From the human T2T-CHM13v2.0 reference genome, Homo sapiens, in the NCBI RefSeq assembly GCF_009914755.1, contig NC_060926.1: a DNA stretch of 64,000 nucleotides; one strand, given 5' to 3'. Shown piece after piece: positions 29,383 to 41,313 of this stretch. Both the position numbers and the translations under genes were made by a program. Numbering within the stretch: the first letter of the stretch is position 1; every line of letters begins with the position of its first letter. The notes under the pieces were generated by a model. It was not told the DNA's origin. It did not search any database and was given only the letters and a program-made list of their open reading frames with translations.

Positions 29383-29685
29383 TAGGTTCAACAGTGCCCA
29401 TCCATGCCCAGCCTCTTAGGTTCAACAGTGCCCATACATGCCCAGCCTCTTAGGTTCAACAGTCCCCATCCATGCCCAGCCTCTTAGGTTCAACAGTGCC
29501 CACCCATGCCCAGCCTCTTAGGTTCAACAATGCCCATCCATGCCCAGCCTTAGGGTCAACAGTGCCCATCCATGCCCAGCCTCTTAGGTTCAACAGTGCC
29601 CATCCATGCCCAGCCTCTTAGGGTCAACAGTGCCCATCCATGCCCAGCCTCTTAGGGTCAACAGTGCCCACCCATGCCCAGTCTC
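29383..29685. repeat. 34-bp minisatellite, 9 copies
   Basis: Unit TAGGTTCAACAGTGCCCATCCATGCCCAGCCTCT starts at 29383, 29417, 29451, 29485, 29519 (32 bp), 29551, 29585, 29619 and 29653. Confidence 0.95.
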
Positions 29686-32439
29686 CTTGCTAAGCTCTCC
29701 TCTTCAGGTATTCACATCTTCTAAGCAAGCTTTGGGGTCCACTACTCTTGATTTTCCAAGATCATGTATTTGAACATTAACACACACACACACTCCTCTT
29801 CTAAAATTAGCGATGTTTTTTAAAGGTGCATCTTAACCTGGATCTGGAAAAAAAGGTTTTTTTGTTTGTTCATTTGTTTGTTTTTTAATAGAAGGTAACC
29901 CATAGAAATGTAGCTTTGTCCCTTATGAGGAGAAACTTCCAAATTGTTATTCACAGCAGTTTAAATCTATTCCAGAAGAGGGTTTTTGATCTACATTTGC
30001 ATATCTAAAGGTCCTTTGGGTGATTTTCCCAGAACAAAAAACAGTCTGCATGAGAGATAAATATAGGCCTCTACCTGGTAAGAAGCATAAACGTGCCAGC
30101 AAATTTTAAAGACCATTTCTATCTGTCTTTTCATCTAGGATTCAAAAATCAAATCATGAGTTCCATCCTCAGCCAGGGTCACTTTGTCACCTTTAATCAG
30201 TGTAGAAGAAAAAGGGGGTGGCCACATAGGAGGCAAACTCAGCACTTCTCAAATCAGTGACTCGGCAGCCATGCCTCCATGTGGTACTGGAGCAACTCTG
30301 CTTTCTGCCATGGAGACAGTGGTCTCGGTCTGACTATTTGGTATATGGAAGAGAAGGAAGAGAATAAGTATGTTTAAACATTAATGAACTTGAAGATCAC
30401 CCTTTTAAACTGTGTTCTGAACCGGGGCTTGAGTTCTGATAAAGAGAGGGGAGGTGCTCATTGAAGTAGAAAGTGGCTGGAACTGAAGATGGTCTAACAG
30501 ATCTTGAGAGGATGTTCTTGGAGAAACAATGACATCAGTTTTGGGAATGCTGAGGTGAAGGGTACAATGTCCAGAGGAAACATGGGGCTGGAGCTCAGGG
30601 GACAGGTTCTGCCTCCCACTGGTTGAATCATTGCTTCTGATTCTTCCAAGCATCTTGGTACAACTCTGGGATGAGTGGTAGTGAGGCACAGCTACCTCCT
30701 TAGCACAAGCCTCTTCCCAAATTCGGAATGCCCATTGTAGCCCATTTCCCTGATGACATCATCAGTATCAACCACATGATGTCATCTTGTGGGGGGTGGA
30801 GGCGAGCCTCGTATCTCCAGACCTCTTCTCTGGAATCTGGAATGCCACAGGGATAGCTCTGGATATGACACAGGACATAATTCTACATTTATGGCTATTG
30901 AACACAAAGACTTCTCAAAGGAGCAGTTGAGATATTTAGACCTTCCGCTATTCAAATACATCTCAATTTCCTCTCATTCAGGCTACAGCTTTATGATAAC
31001 ATTTTATTTTATTTTGTCTGAAACCACTCAAATGAGGAATCAGTATTTGGTTCCTCTATTTAGGTTTTGAGAGCTTTACCTTTTGGCTGGGATCATGCTC
31101 TATCCTAAGTCTTTGACATCCATTAGAGCTGTATCTTCTTCTTCATGCTCTCCACTGTCACACCTCCCCAGGGCACACTTAGCTCTGCCTAATTCTCATA
31201 ATTACATGTGGGGTGGTCATGAGTATTGATGGAGGAAATAGATCCAGACATCAGCTAGATGCTGTGAAAGGAAAGGGAATAGTCACCATTCATTTGGGGG
31301 ATTACACCAAGTTCCTGTCAACTTCCTTCAGCCCATCATTTCTCTCTTCACAAAAGTCAAAGAACTTTGACATCAATTATCTCATTCTGCCCTTGTAAAG
31401 ATAAATGAAGTTGAATATTGACTCCATTGTACAGATGTGGAATCTAAGGCCCACAGAGGCTACGGTAGCAAAGTAATGCTGGATATTCCGAAAATGCAGG
31501 AACTAGAAGTTGCATGTTGTCTCCTGTGTCTTAACTATCTTGTGCTTTCTGCTCCTCTTTACAGCATTAAGTGCAGAGAATAAGAGACATTGATATTGCA
31601 GAGATTAATGTTTCTATATCATTAACTTTGTGCAGAGCATTATACTGGGTGCTTTACATATGCAGTGTTCAGTGAGTCCTCACCAAAACATGTGCTATTT
31701 CTGTCCCCATTTTAGAGAAGAGAGGAATTAAGACTCAAGAGGGCTAAACAACTCTCCCAAGAGCACATAGTGAGATTAGGGTCGAGAGCCAACCCCAGCC
31801 CTGCCCCATGCTTTGGCCTGTGCCATCTGCCCATGAGGCAGTCAAGTTCAACGCCCCAGCAGCGATTCTGAGCAGAAGGGCTACGGGAGTTCAAGGAGTC
31901 CCCACTCCTCCTGGGGGCAGACTGGGCAGATGTCCCAGAGAAAATGGGGTTGACCTGGAAGCCATCCAGCTCTGACAAATACACATCCTGGGGGGGGTCA
32001 GTGCTTAGAGATAATAAGCACAATCATTCCTTATTTCCTCTGTTGGATGACTGCAAGAACAAGGTCTCATAAACAGGTTTCACCTAGAGTCTCAAGCTGG
32101 GCAAGAAGAATGAGTAACTAGTAATGCTCGAGTTGGGTGTGAAGCAGTCTTTACTCTCCTTGGGGCCCGGGGGGATGGCTGACCCCAGCTGTCCACCTTC
32201 AAAGATAGCACCCACTGAGTTTCAGATTCAGCCGAGGCTACCCAGAGCAAACAGTGCTCTTGGTAGGAAGAGTGCTGGTTTTAATTAATTAAGTGAAAAA
32301 AGACTCTTAATGATATTTCTCTCTCTCTCTCTCAATCTCTCTCAATCCCTCACCCATCACTATAACATGTCATTTGCTTCATAGTGGCTTCTGAGTTGCC
32401 ACCACACCAACTCTGTGATCCACAAAAATCTTGCATTTA

Positions 32440-32916
32440 ATACAGCAACGACACCTATAATGGGGAAGGGGTGGGGGTGGGGAGGCCGCACATTTCACCA
32501 TTTCCATCTAGATGAGGAGCAAACAAAGAGATAATTATAAACTGTTTCTCTTATTGTTGCACTCGCATTAGACATGTGCATCTCTCTCTCCCTCTCCCTC
32601 GCTCGCTGTCCTTTTTTTTTTTTTCTCCACAGAAAAGTAATTCTGTTGTGGAGATGGCACCAGGTGCACGGGGTGACCTCACACACACCAAATCGGGAGC
32701 TGACATCCATCACACTTTGAAATTTTGGATTTCATCATTTCCTGATCTTTCTAAAGGGATCACAGCACCTGGCCCTCACAGCTGTAGTTCATTTAGAAAG
32801 CAATTTAAAAACCGAGAAAAAAGCAAATGACATCTTGCTGCCTCAGCCTTGTCATTAAGTATAGCAGAATGGCCTTCATTTATGAGGCACATGGCTAAGA
32901 ATTAATATCTTTCAGG
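32440..32916. promoter_or_regulatory. Candidate cis-regulatory or structured non-coding element
   Basis: Repeat-free block with a G4 motif (32462-32482), E-boxes CAGGTG/CACCTG/CAGCTG, a TCF-like CTTTGAA, TGACA and TTTATGA homeodomain-type sites, and a 50-nt polypyrimidine tract ending in CAG at 32632. Confidence 0.35.
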
Positions 32917-34282
32917 GCTTTCTCGAGTAGAGATTACAAAAGGTTTGAAAGACCACTAAATAATTAGTGGTATGACTGAGGCAAGCAAAAAAAAGGGGGG
33001 GAAGAATCCCTCTTTTTCGTTCTACAGAAGAAAATCAGAAATTACACTGACTTTAGTGTGTCCTAAATGTTGGGAGGCATCCGTGCAGCACCCTTTGTGA
33101 GCCATATTCTGTGCTGTGGGCTTCTTCTGCCTTCCCTGGTATTTTCAGCAGTCCCCGTGGGTGTGTGCTCTTCATCTCCAGATAGTGTCCATTCGCCCAA
33201 AATAAAAAAATATTTTTCCCAAATGTTTTGCTGAGTTAAGACTGCTTTAAACATCTTCAAGTCATCTCACAGAGTTCTCTTCCCCTTCTTACGTTGCAAG
33301 CCTCTTTAGATAAGGTTGATGGGGAACATAGACCAGGTTGATGGAGAACAGTCACAGGGTGGACACAGCACCAGCTAAGGATATCTGTGTTCTAGTTTTT
33401 CCAATTCTTTTTACCATTTAGCCACATAAAATGTGGAAAACAACTTCTGTCGTCCGAGTCTCAATTTTCTTATTCTGCAAAATGAATGGATTAAAAGACA
33501 TGGCTTCTGGAATCTTTTAGTTAGCTAAGTACACTGAGCAGGATTTCTAAGAACCATTTGGAAATCGGTTCAAAAGTTTTGCCAATACAGTTCTAGCCAG
33601 AGTTTCTTTGTCTCACACCCAGGACGCATTGAGAATAAAGTGCTAAATTGCTTCCAGACCTGAGTCTTATTTTTAACAGTAATTATTTTGTTGAGTACCA
33701 TAATATGTTGGTGGTATACTTACATGATCTGTGATCTTCCTTATCACCCTTCACAGTGGGCATAATTATTCCCTTTTTACATGCGAAGAAACTGAGGCTT
33801 GGCCAGCTTCAGTAATGTGTCCAATTTAGAAGGTAGAACTCAACAGATCCTCTAATCCTTCTGAGCAATGTCTTTAGTAGCTTTCAGGGAGCCACTCTAG
33901 TTGAATTCCTAGGATACTGTCAATTTGGTCTACCGAAAACCCTGGAGCTATGAAGCCTCCGACCCCAGCCACTCTCGCTCTGCACCGCACATTCACTGTT
34001 ATCTCTTTCAGGTAATCAGTATTTCACTCATCAATGCTGAGTGGTCCTCTTACCTAGGTGTTTCCCAACATTCATGAAAACTTATGAGCCCCTAAATGTG
34101 TCAGAAAATCTCCTGAAAGAGAAAGGGCATGTGTATTTTGCACAATATTCTAGGAGCCAGCCATCATTCCTAGATGCCATCCATGCAGATATAACTTAAT
34201 TCTCACAACCACCATACCAAGTGGGGTTTATAATCCACACTTCACAGCAAGAGGCATAGGCTGAGGCAGGTGAAAGAGCTTT

Positions 34283-34740
34283 CTGTGATGGATTGCACTA
34301 TTGTTTCTGATTATTCTCTTGTTCTTCCTGTGAGATGATGTTTGGGTCCTAGCTCCTTACTGTGTGACTTGCAGCACCTCCTGTGTGGGGGTAGAGGTGT
34401 CCCTGCCCTACTCATGGGGCACGTGGCCATATGACCTCCTGTGGCAAATGGAAAGTGAGCCAAGGCGCATGGTTCTCACCAAAGGAGTAGCGTAAATCCT
34501 TTTTGCGTGCCTGCCAGTTCTCTCGTACTTTGTCTCTGCCAAGAGAAGGCTGTGCCTCCTATGAGGCTTCTCCTTGAGCCTGGGTCCCCCAGTGAAAAGA
34601 CAGGCAGAGTGGAACTACAGGCAAACCACAGTGGCCATTAGACAACCAGAGCATAAAATACAACTTTTTGTGTATGTGTACATCACTGATGGAAGTCCTT
34701 GTTGTTTAACCCAACAAACCCAGCAAAAGCTGCATAACAC
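34283..34740 (+). mobile_element. MLT1H/I-like LTR
   Basis: 'tggccatatgacctcctgtggcaaatggaaagtgagc', 'gagcctgggtcccc', terminal 'cagcaaaagctgcataaca'. Confidence 0.6.
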
Positions 34741-34971
34741 ACTTGCTTACAGTCTCCACAAAAGTGGCTGCTTCTGCACTGACACTATTCAAAGTACCCA
34801 TGAAGTTCTGATTACTTGTGGTCTATTCAAAAATACAGCTACATATTGTCACCAGTCAAAAAGAGTACAAAATAAGATAAAGGCTTTGTTGGATTTTACA
34901 GTGGATAAATCCCTGAGCTGCATACAGTAGATAAATCCTTGATTCAGGATCAATAATTTTATTTAATATAA

Positions 34972-35261
34972 ATTTCTTTTTTTGAGACAGAGTCTCACTC
35001 TGCCACCCAGGCTGGGGTGCAGTGGTGCGATCTCGGCTCACTGCAACCTCTGCCTCCCAGGTTCAAGCATTCTCTGCCTCAGCCTCCCGAGTAGCAGGGA
35101 CTACAGGCGCCTGCCACTACACCCAGCTAATTTTTGTATTTTTAGTAAAGATGGGGCTTCACCATGTTGGCCAGGTTGATCTTGAACTCCTGACCTCAAG
35201 ATCCATCCGCCTCGGCCTCCCAAAGTGATGGGATTACAGGCGTGAGCCACCGTGCCCAGCC
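34972..35261 (-). mobile_element. AluS
   Basis: Full Alu on the minus strand; TSD AATATAAAT. Confidence 0.95.
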
Positions 35262-36389
35262 TGAATATAAATATTTTTTATTTTGGACGAATGGACACTA
35301 TCTGGAGATGAAGAGCACATATCCACGGGGACTGCCAAAGGGTAGGCAGAAGAAGCCCACAGCACAGAATACGGCTCACAGAGGTGCTGCAGGGATGCCT
35401 CCCAACATTCAGGACGCACTAAAGTCAGTGTAATTTCTGATTTCCTTCTGTAGAATGAAAAGGAAGGATTTCCTCCCCCACCTCCTGCTTTTTTGTGCTT
35501 GCCTCAGTCATACCGCTAAGTATTTAGTGGTCTTCCAAACCTTTTGTAATCTCTACTCAAGAAAGCATAAAAAGATTATTCACCAAGAAAGCCTCAGTGT
35601 GTAGCAGAGGCACAGGCAGGACCTTCAGAGATACATAGATATGTGATTGCTTCTTAAATAGTCAGGTAAAATTTTAGTGCAGTCACTGACATTAATTCAT
35701 CTGTAGCTTAGAGACAGTAATCAATTCAGACTGTAAATACCAACTACATGGAGAGCTCTCGTTCTTTCTTTCTCTCTGCATTTATTCATCTATGTATTTA
35801 TTACGTTTAAGAAATCCATTGGTTAGTTTTAAGACAGCTCTAAACAGCTGCCAATGAAAGAGCCGCTGGTTGTGAGTGTGTTCCTTGTTGCTCCTACACC
35901 TGCATCAGTTTAGCCAAAAGTTATATCCAGTTTTGAAAAGGTAAAATTGTGTGCATTGGATGACAAATCCTATCAGTTTACCCAGGGAAGAGGTGTTTCC
36001 TGAAATGTGAGAATTTCTGTTATTAAACCAGGGAAGTCCCAGGTGAACTGAGATAGTTGATCTCCCTAGGTATGAGAAACAAGTCTTTATACTGATATAT
36101 TCTCCATAGACATATTGCTGAATCCCCACATCTACTACAAAGCTCCAATGCCTCCTTTTCCATGAAGACTTTCTCCCTTTCACTATCTTCCAAAATTATA
36201 TTGAAATTGTCCTCAGAATGTTGAAAAGCCCTCATAACTTTGTCACTCACTCAAAGGTTAGCATTTGCATTCCTTTTTATTGTTTCTTTTGTGTCATTTG
36301 TCATTATTGCTACAAATTCTCTTAGTGATAATAGAGTAAAATGACTCTGATTTACTAGCTCAGTAGCCAGATATTAGAATGGCTTGGCA

Positions 36390-36562
36390 AACTTTCCAAA
36401 GTCCCATCCCACGGCTCATCTCTAATTAATTAAATCAGAATCTCTGGGGATAAAGATGGGGCCCTAATTTCATCTTTTGTTTTTGTTGTTTGTTTTTATT
36501 GTGCTTTGTTTTTTAAGCTCTGTTAGTGATTCTAACATGTAGCAAGAGTTGATAAATACTAA
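36390..36562. mobile_element. MER5-like hAT MITE fragment
   Basis: 'taaatcagaatctctgggg...ttttaagctctgttagtgattctaacatgtagcaagagttga'. Confidence 0.6.
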
Positions 36563-37700
36563 TATGACTCAACTCATTAATTAAAAAACAACAACAAACA
36601 AACTGACTTTGTCTAACAGAAGTTAACTATCTCATCTTAGATTTCTACAGATTGCCAGCAGCAATGTTTAGGGGGAAAAAAGGAAATCAAGAAACTAAAC
36701 TGTCTGATCCCCTAATCTTTCATGAAAATTTTTAAATGGAGCTGTCCATCTATCTGTCCATTTCAACTCATATCCATACTGTACCTCAATTTTCCCGTTC
36801 TGCTTCCCTCTTGTTTTCCTCTCCCTAAACTATGAAGAAGACATCAGAACAGAGTTGGCTTCTTGTGGACAACAGAATAAATAGAAGTTGCTGAATCAAA
36901 CAAGTTGTTTATGCTATGATATAATCTCTCTCTCCTTCCCAAATTGACCCTATACATCACATCTAGGTCCGATAAATCTCTCAGCTGTCTAATGCAGAGC
37001 TTCTCACTCAATTGTCAATGATTGGTAACATATATGACAAGATATTGATCCCTTTAGCTTTCTAATAGGCCAGGTAGGATATGGCAGGGCAGAGACCTAG
37101 TACATCCACAACTCCAGATCCTTTGTCCAATTCTACCTGTAGGCTCTCCTTACTCCAGGGTGCTGTAAACAGATAATCATTTTCTATATGTACCAGAATG
37201 TGAAATTTTATGATAGACTAAATGCTATTAACTTGTTCTCTCTCTCAATGATTTTCTCTTCCTTTCAATGATGTTGTCGTCTTAATCTGAACACTTTTTG
37301 GAGAATGTAGCCTACCAAGCCTACCAAAAACGCAATGTTTTTGTTTACATTATTTGACTTAATTCTTAAAGCATCTTTGTTGGATTTATTTTATAGATTA
37401 GAAAAGGAAAGATTTGAGAACTGAAGAATTTTCCTCAAATCACAGAAATGATAAGGTAGAAATGGTACTAAAAACTGTGTAACTATTTTAGTTTGTTTGT
37501 TTCTAATTATTATATCACTCTTAAATTTGCCCTGATACCATCTTCATCATCAAAATCAACACTAAGTAACATCATTACCTTGATTTAAAAGAGACATACT
37601 TTCTCCCAATTTCAGGTTGATTTTTCAGTCTGTATTCTTCCCTTGAATGCCAGAATTAGTAACTAGAAAAGAGACTTTAAAGATCCAGATATCTAATAAG

Positions 37701-38326
37701 TGTAGTAAGGGTTAACGTGGCAGCCCTGGGTTGCCCAAACCTTCCACATTCCAAAGGTCTTCAAGACTGGCCCTTGACTAGCTTCCAGCAGTTGCCTTGA
37801 GCCTTTGAAATAAACTCACTGATAAGAGTTTCTTTGTGTACCTATGATTGGGGCCATGCCAGATAGTTTTTGCTAACAGTGGAGTTTATGGTGAATGCTT
37901 ATTTGTATATGCTTTGTAAGTGGTGGCTTTCAGTCATGCTGTGTCAATTTGGCTTCCAGAGAGTCTGGGGGTGAGTAGCTAAGGTTAGTTATTGGCATTG
38001 CTTACCTACATGAATGACCCCCAGTAAAAACCCTGCATACCAAGTCTCAAGGGAGCTTCCCTGGTTGACAACTTTGCAAGTGTTGTCACACATAATTTCT
38101 GGGAAAATTAAGTGCCATCCATACAACTCCACTGTGAGAAGACAACTGGAAGCTCATGTGTGTTCTCTCCTAGATTTCAACTTATGCTCCTTTTCTATTG
38201 GCTTATTTTAATTGGTATCCTTTCACGCTAATGAATTGTAAGCATGAGAAGGACAGCTTTTCAGAATTTATGACTCTTTCTAGAAAATCATTAGACCTGA
38301 GCGTGGTCATAAGAATATCCAACACA
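37701..38326 (+). mobile_element. MER21/MER77-family LTR
   Basis: TG...CA ends; 'gggttgcccaaacc', 'gggccatgccagatagtttttgctaacag', 'gacccccagtaaaaaccctg', 'gagcttccctggttgacaac'. Confidence 0.7.
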
Positions 38327-38351
38327 TGATGCTGTTTGGAGGCATGGAGCC

Positions 38352-40600
38352 TGTGTTAGTCCATTCTCAAGCTGCTGTTAAAGCCATACACAAGACTGGG
38401 AAGAAAAAGAGGGTGAATTCAGCTTGTGGCCCTACATGGCTAGGAAAGACTCACAATCATGGCAGGAGGAAAAAGGCACTTCTTACATGGCAGCAGCAAG
38501 AGAAAATTTGGAAGAAGCAAAAGTATAAACCCCTGATAAATCCATCAGATCTTGTGAAACTTAATTCACTCTTAATTGAATCATAATCCCCATGATTCAA
38601 TTACCTCCCGTAGGTCCCTCCCACAACATGTGGGAATTGTGAGAGATATAATTCAAGTTGAGATTTGGGTGGGGACATAGCCAAACCATATCATTCTGCC
38701 CTGGTCCACCCAAATCTCATGTCCTCACAATTCAAAACCAATCAGGCCTTCCCAAAAGTCCCCCAAAGTCTTAACTCATTTCAGCATTAACCTAAAAGTC
38801 CACAGTCCAAAGTCTCATCTGAGACAAGGCAAGTACATGCTGCCTATGTGCATCTAAAATCGAAAGCAAGCTAATTACTTCCTAGATACAAATGGAGTAC
38901 AAGTATTGGGTAAATACAGCCATTCCAAATGGGAGAAATTGGCCAAAACAAAGGGATTACAGAGCCCATGCAAGTCTGTAATCAAGCAGGGCAGTCAAAT
39001 CTTAAAGCTCCAAAATGATCAACTTTAGCTCCATGTATCACATCCAGGTCACGCTGATGCAGGAGGTAGGTTACCATGGTCTTGGGCAGCTCAGCCCTTG
39101 TGGCTTTTCAGGGTACAGCCTCCCTCCCAGCTTCTTTCCCGGGCTGGTGTTGGGTGTCTGTGGCTTTTCCAGGTGCATGGTGCAAGCTGTCGGTGGATCT
39201 ACCATTCTGGGGTCTGGAGGACGGTGGCTCTCTTCTCACAGCTCCACTAGGCAGTGGCCCAGTAGGGACTCTGTGTGGGGGCTCTGACCCCACATTTTCC
39301 TTCCACACTGCCCTAGCAGAGGTTCTCCATGAGGGCCCCACCCCTTCAGCAAACTTTTGCCTGGGCATCCAGACGTTTCCATACATCTTGTGAAATCTAG
39401 GCGGAGATTCCCAAACCTCAATTCTTGACTTCTGTGTACTGGCAGGCTCAACGCCATGTGGGAGATGCCAAGGCTTGGGGCTTCCACTCTCTGAAGCCAC
39501 AGCCCAAGCTGTACATTGGCCCCTTTCAGCCATGGCTGGAGTGGCTGCGACACAGGGCACCAAGTCTCTAGGCTGCACACAGCACAAGAAGCCTGGCCCA
39601 TGAAACCACTTTTTCCTCCTGGGCCTCCAGGCCTGTGATGGGAGAGGCTGCCATGATGGTCTCTGATATGGCCTGGAGATATTTACCTCATGGTCTTGGA
39701 GGTTAACATTAGGCTCCTTGCTACTTATGCAGATTTCTTCAGCCAGCTCGAACTTCTCCCCAGAAATCTAGTTTCTTTTTTATATTTCATAGTCATACTG
39801 CAAATTTCCAAACTTTTATGCTGTGCTTCCCTTATAAAACCAAATGCCTTTAACAGCACCCAAGTCACCTCTTGCTGCTTAGAAATTTCTTCTGCCAGAT
39901 ATCCCAAATCATCTTTCTCAAGTTCAAAGTTCCACAGATCTCCAGGACAGGAGCAAAATGTCACCAGTCTCTTTGCTAAAGCATAACAAGAGTCATCGTT
40001 ACTCCAGTTCCCAACAAGTTTCTCATCTCCATCTGAGACCACCTCAGCCTGGATCTTATTGTCCATATCATCATCTGCATTTTGGGCAAAGCCATTCAAC
40101 AAGTCTGTAGGAAGTTTCAAACTTTCCCACATTTTTCTGTCTTCTTCTAAGTCCTCCAAACTGTTCCAGCCTCTGCCAGTTACCTAGTTCCAAAGTCATT
40201 TCCACATTTTTGGATATCTTCTCAGCAACGCCCCAATGTACTGGTACCAATTTACGGTATTAGTCCATTTTTACTCTGCTGGTAAAGACATACCTGAGAC
40301 GGGGAAGAAAAAGAGGTTTAATTGAACTTACAATTCCTCATGGCTGGCGAGGCCTCAGAATCATGGTGGGATGTGAAGGGCACTTCCTGTGTGGTGGGGG
40401 GCAAGAGAAAATGAAGAAGAAGCAAAACAGAAACCTCTGATAAACCTATGAGGTCTTTTGAGACTTAATTCACTATCATGAGAATAGCATGGGAAAGACT
40501 GGCCCCCATGATTCAATTACCTCCCCCTGGGTCCTTCCCACAATACATGGACATTCGATTCAATTTAAGATTTGGGTGGGGATACAGCCAAACCATATCA
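38352..40600 (-). mobile_element. Complete THE1A-type MaLR element (LTR 38352-38693, internal 38694-40255, LTR 40256-40600)
   Basis: Two direct ~345-bp LTRs flank ~1.56 kb of THE1-int carrying MaLR ORF remnants; degenerate TSD GAGCC/GAATC. Confidence 0.92.
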
Positions 40601-41313
40601 GAATCATACATGTGGAGAAACACAGAGGACTTGGGTGTGACTGTCACTGGCCTCCATGCTAAGAACAGATGCAAATATCAGCCATAGCTTTTATTAAGGA
40701 CTTTATGGTTTTATTTCTCAACGGAGAGGGGAAAACAGAAGAAATTCTACAGAAAAACTAGAAGGTAATACTCAGTTAGTGTAGAGTCAATTGCTTAAGT
40801 ATGTACTAGTATTTAGCATTGTTACAGACTTTCAAGGAAAACTGAGAAATGTAGGAATCAAATCATCTTTCTTTTACCATTAATGCCCTTGAAATAATAC
40901 AATCTTGCCAAGGGCATTTACTCAGGAATAGATTAATGTTCACATGCTTGGAAGATAAATTGGCTACTGACATACTCCTATTATTATTTTTTTCTGAACA
41001 GCCACAAAGAGCTGCCAATTTCATAGGAGTAAGAAGTTTTTCTTAGGTATGATAGATCTTAAAATCATTGGAAAATGAAACCATTTTTGCTAATCAGTAC
41101 TTTTCATTTTTCTGCACTTTGTTTAAAGAATGAAACCGAGTGTGCATCACACAAGCATGGGTTCTTTCCCTCTTCACACAGCAGTGCACTTCATGGTTTG
41201 GTGATGCTCATTTTAGCTTCGTAAAGATTACATTTCAGAATGAAGTTTTACAATCACTTTTACAGTGATCTTTGAAAATCAATGAGATGTGTGACATCAG
41301 AAAGTAAGGCAGC

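Larger units (their letters stand above)
32917..35566. repeat. Inverted duplication of unique sequence, 32917-33215 vs 35269-35566
   Basis: The reverse complement of 35269-35566 aligns to 32917-33215 at roughly 90% identity by eye; paralogous peptides also appear in the ORF track (33063..33260 - and 35242..35433 +, 'GAA.MPPNI'). Confidence 0.95.

Noticed and set aside
29383-29685. Regular ~34-bp periodicity resembling a CRISPR array
   Set aside because: Units are head-to-tail with no unique spacers, there are no cas genes and the context is primate.
35269-35566. Copy B as a proven processed retrocopy
   Set aside because: No clear TSD or clean poly(A) tail could be identified; kept only as a hypothesis.
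39725-40159. 144-aa ORF with a paralogue at 43762-43995 (LLNGFAQNAD...DDLGYLAE)
   Set aside because: Remnant of the MaLR/THE1 internal ORF, broken by stops and frameshifts; it belongs to the retroelement rather than a host gene.
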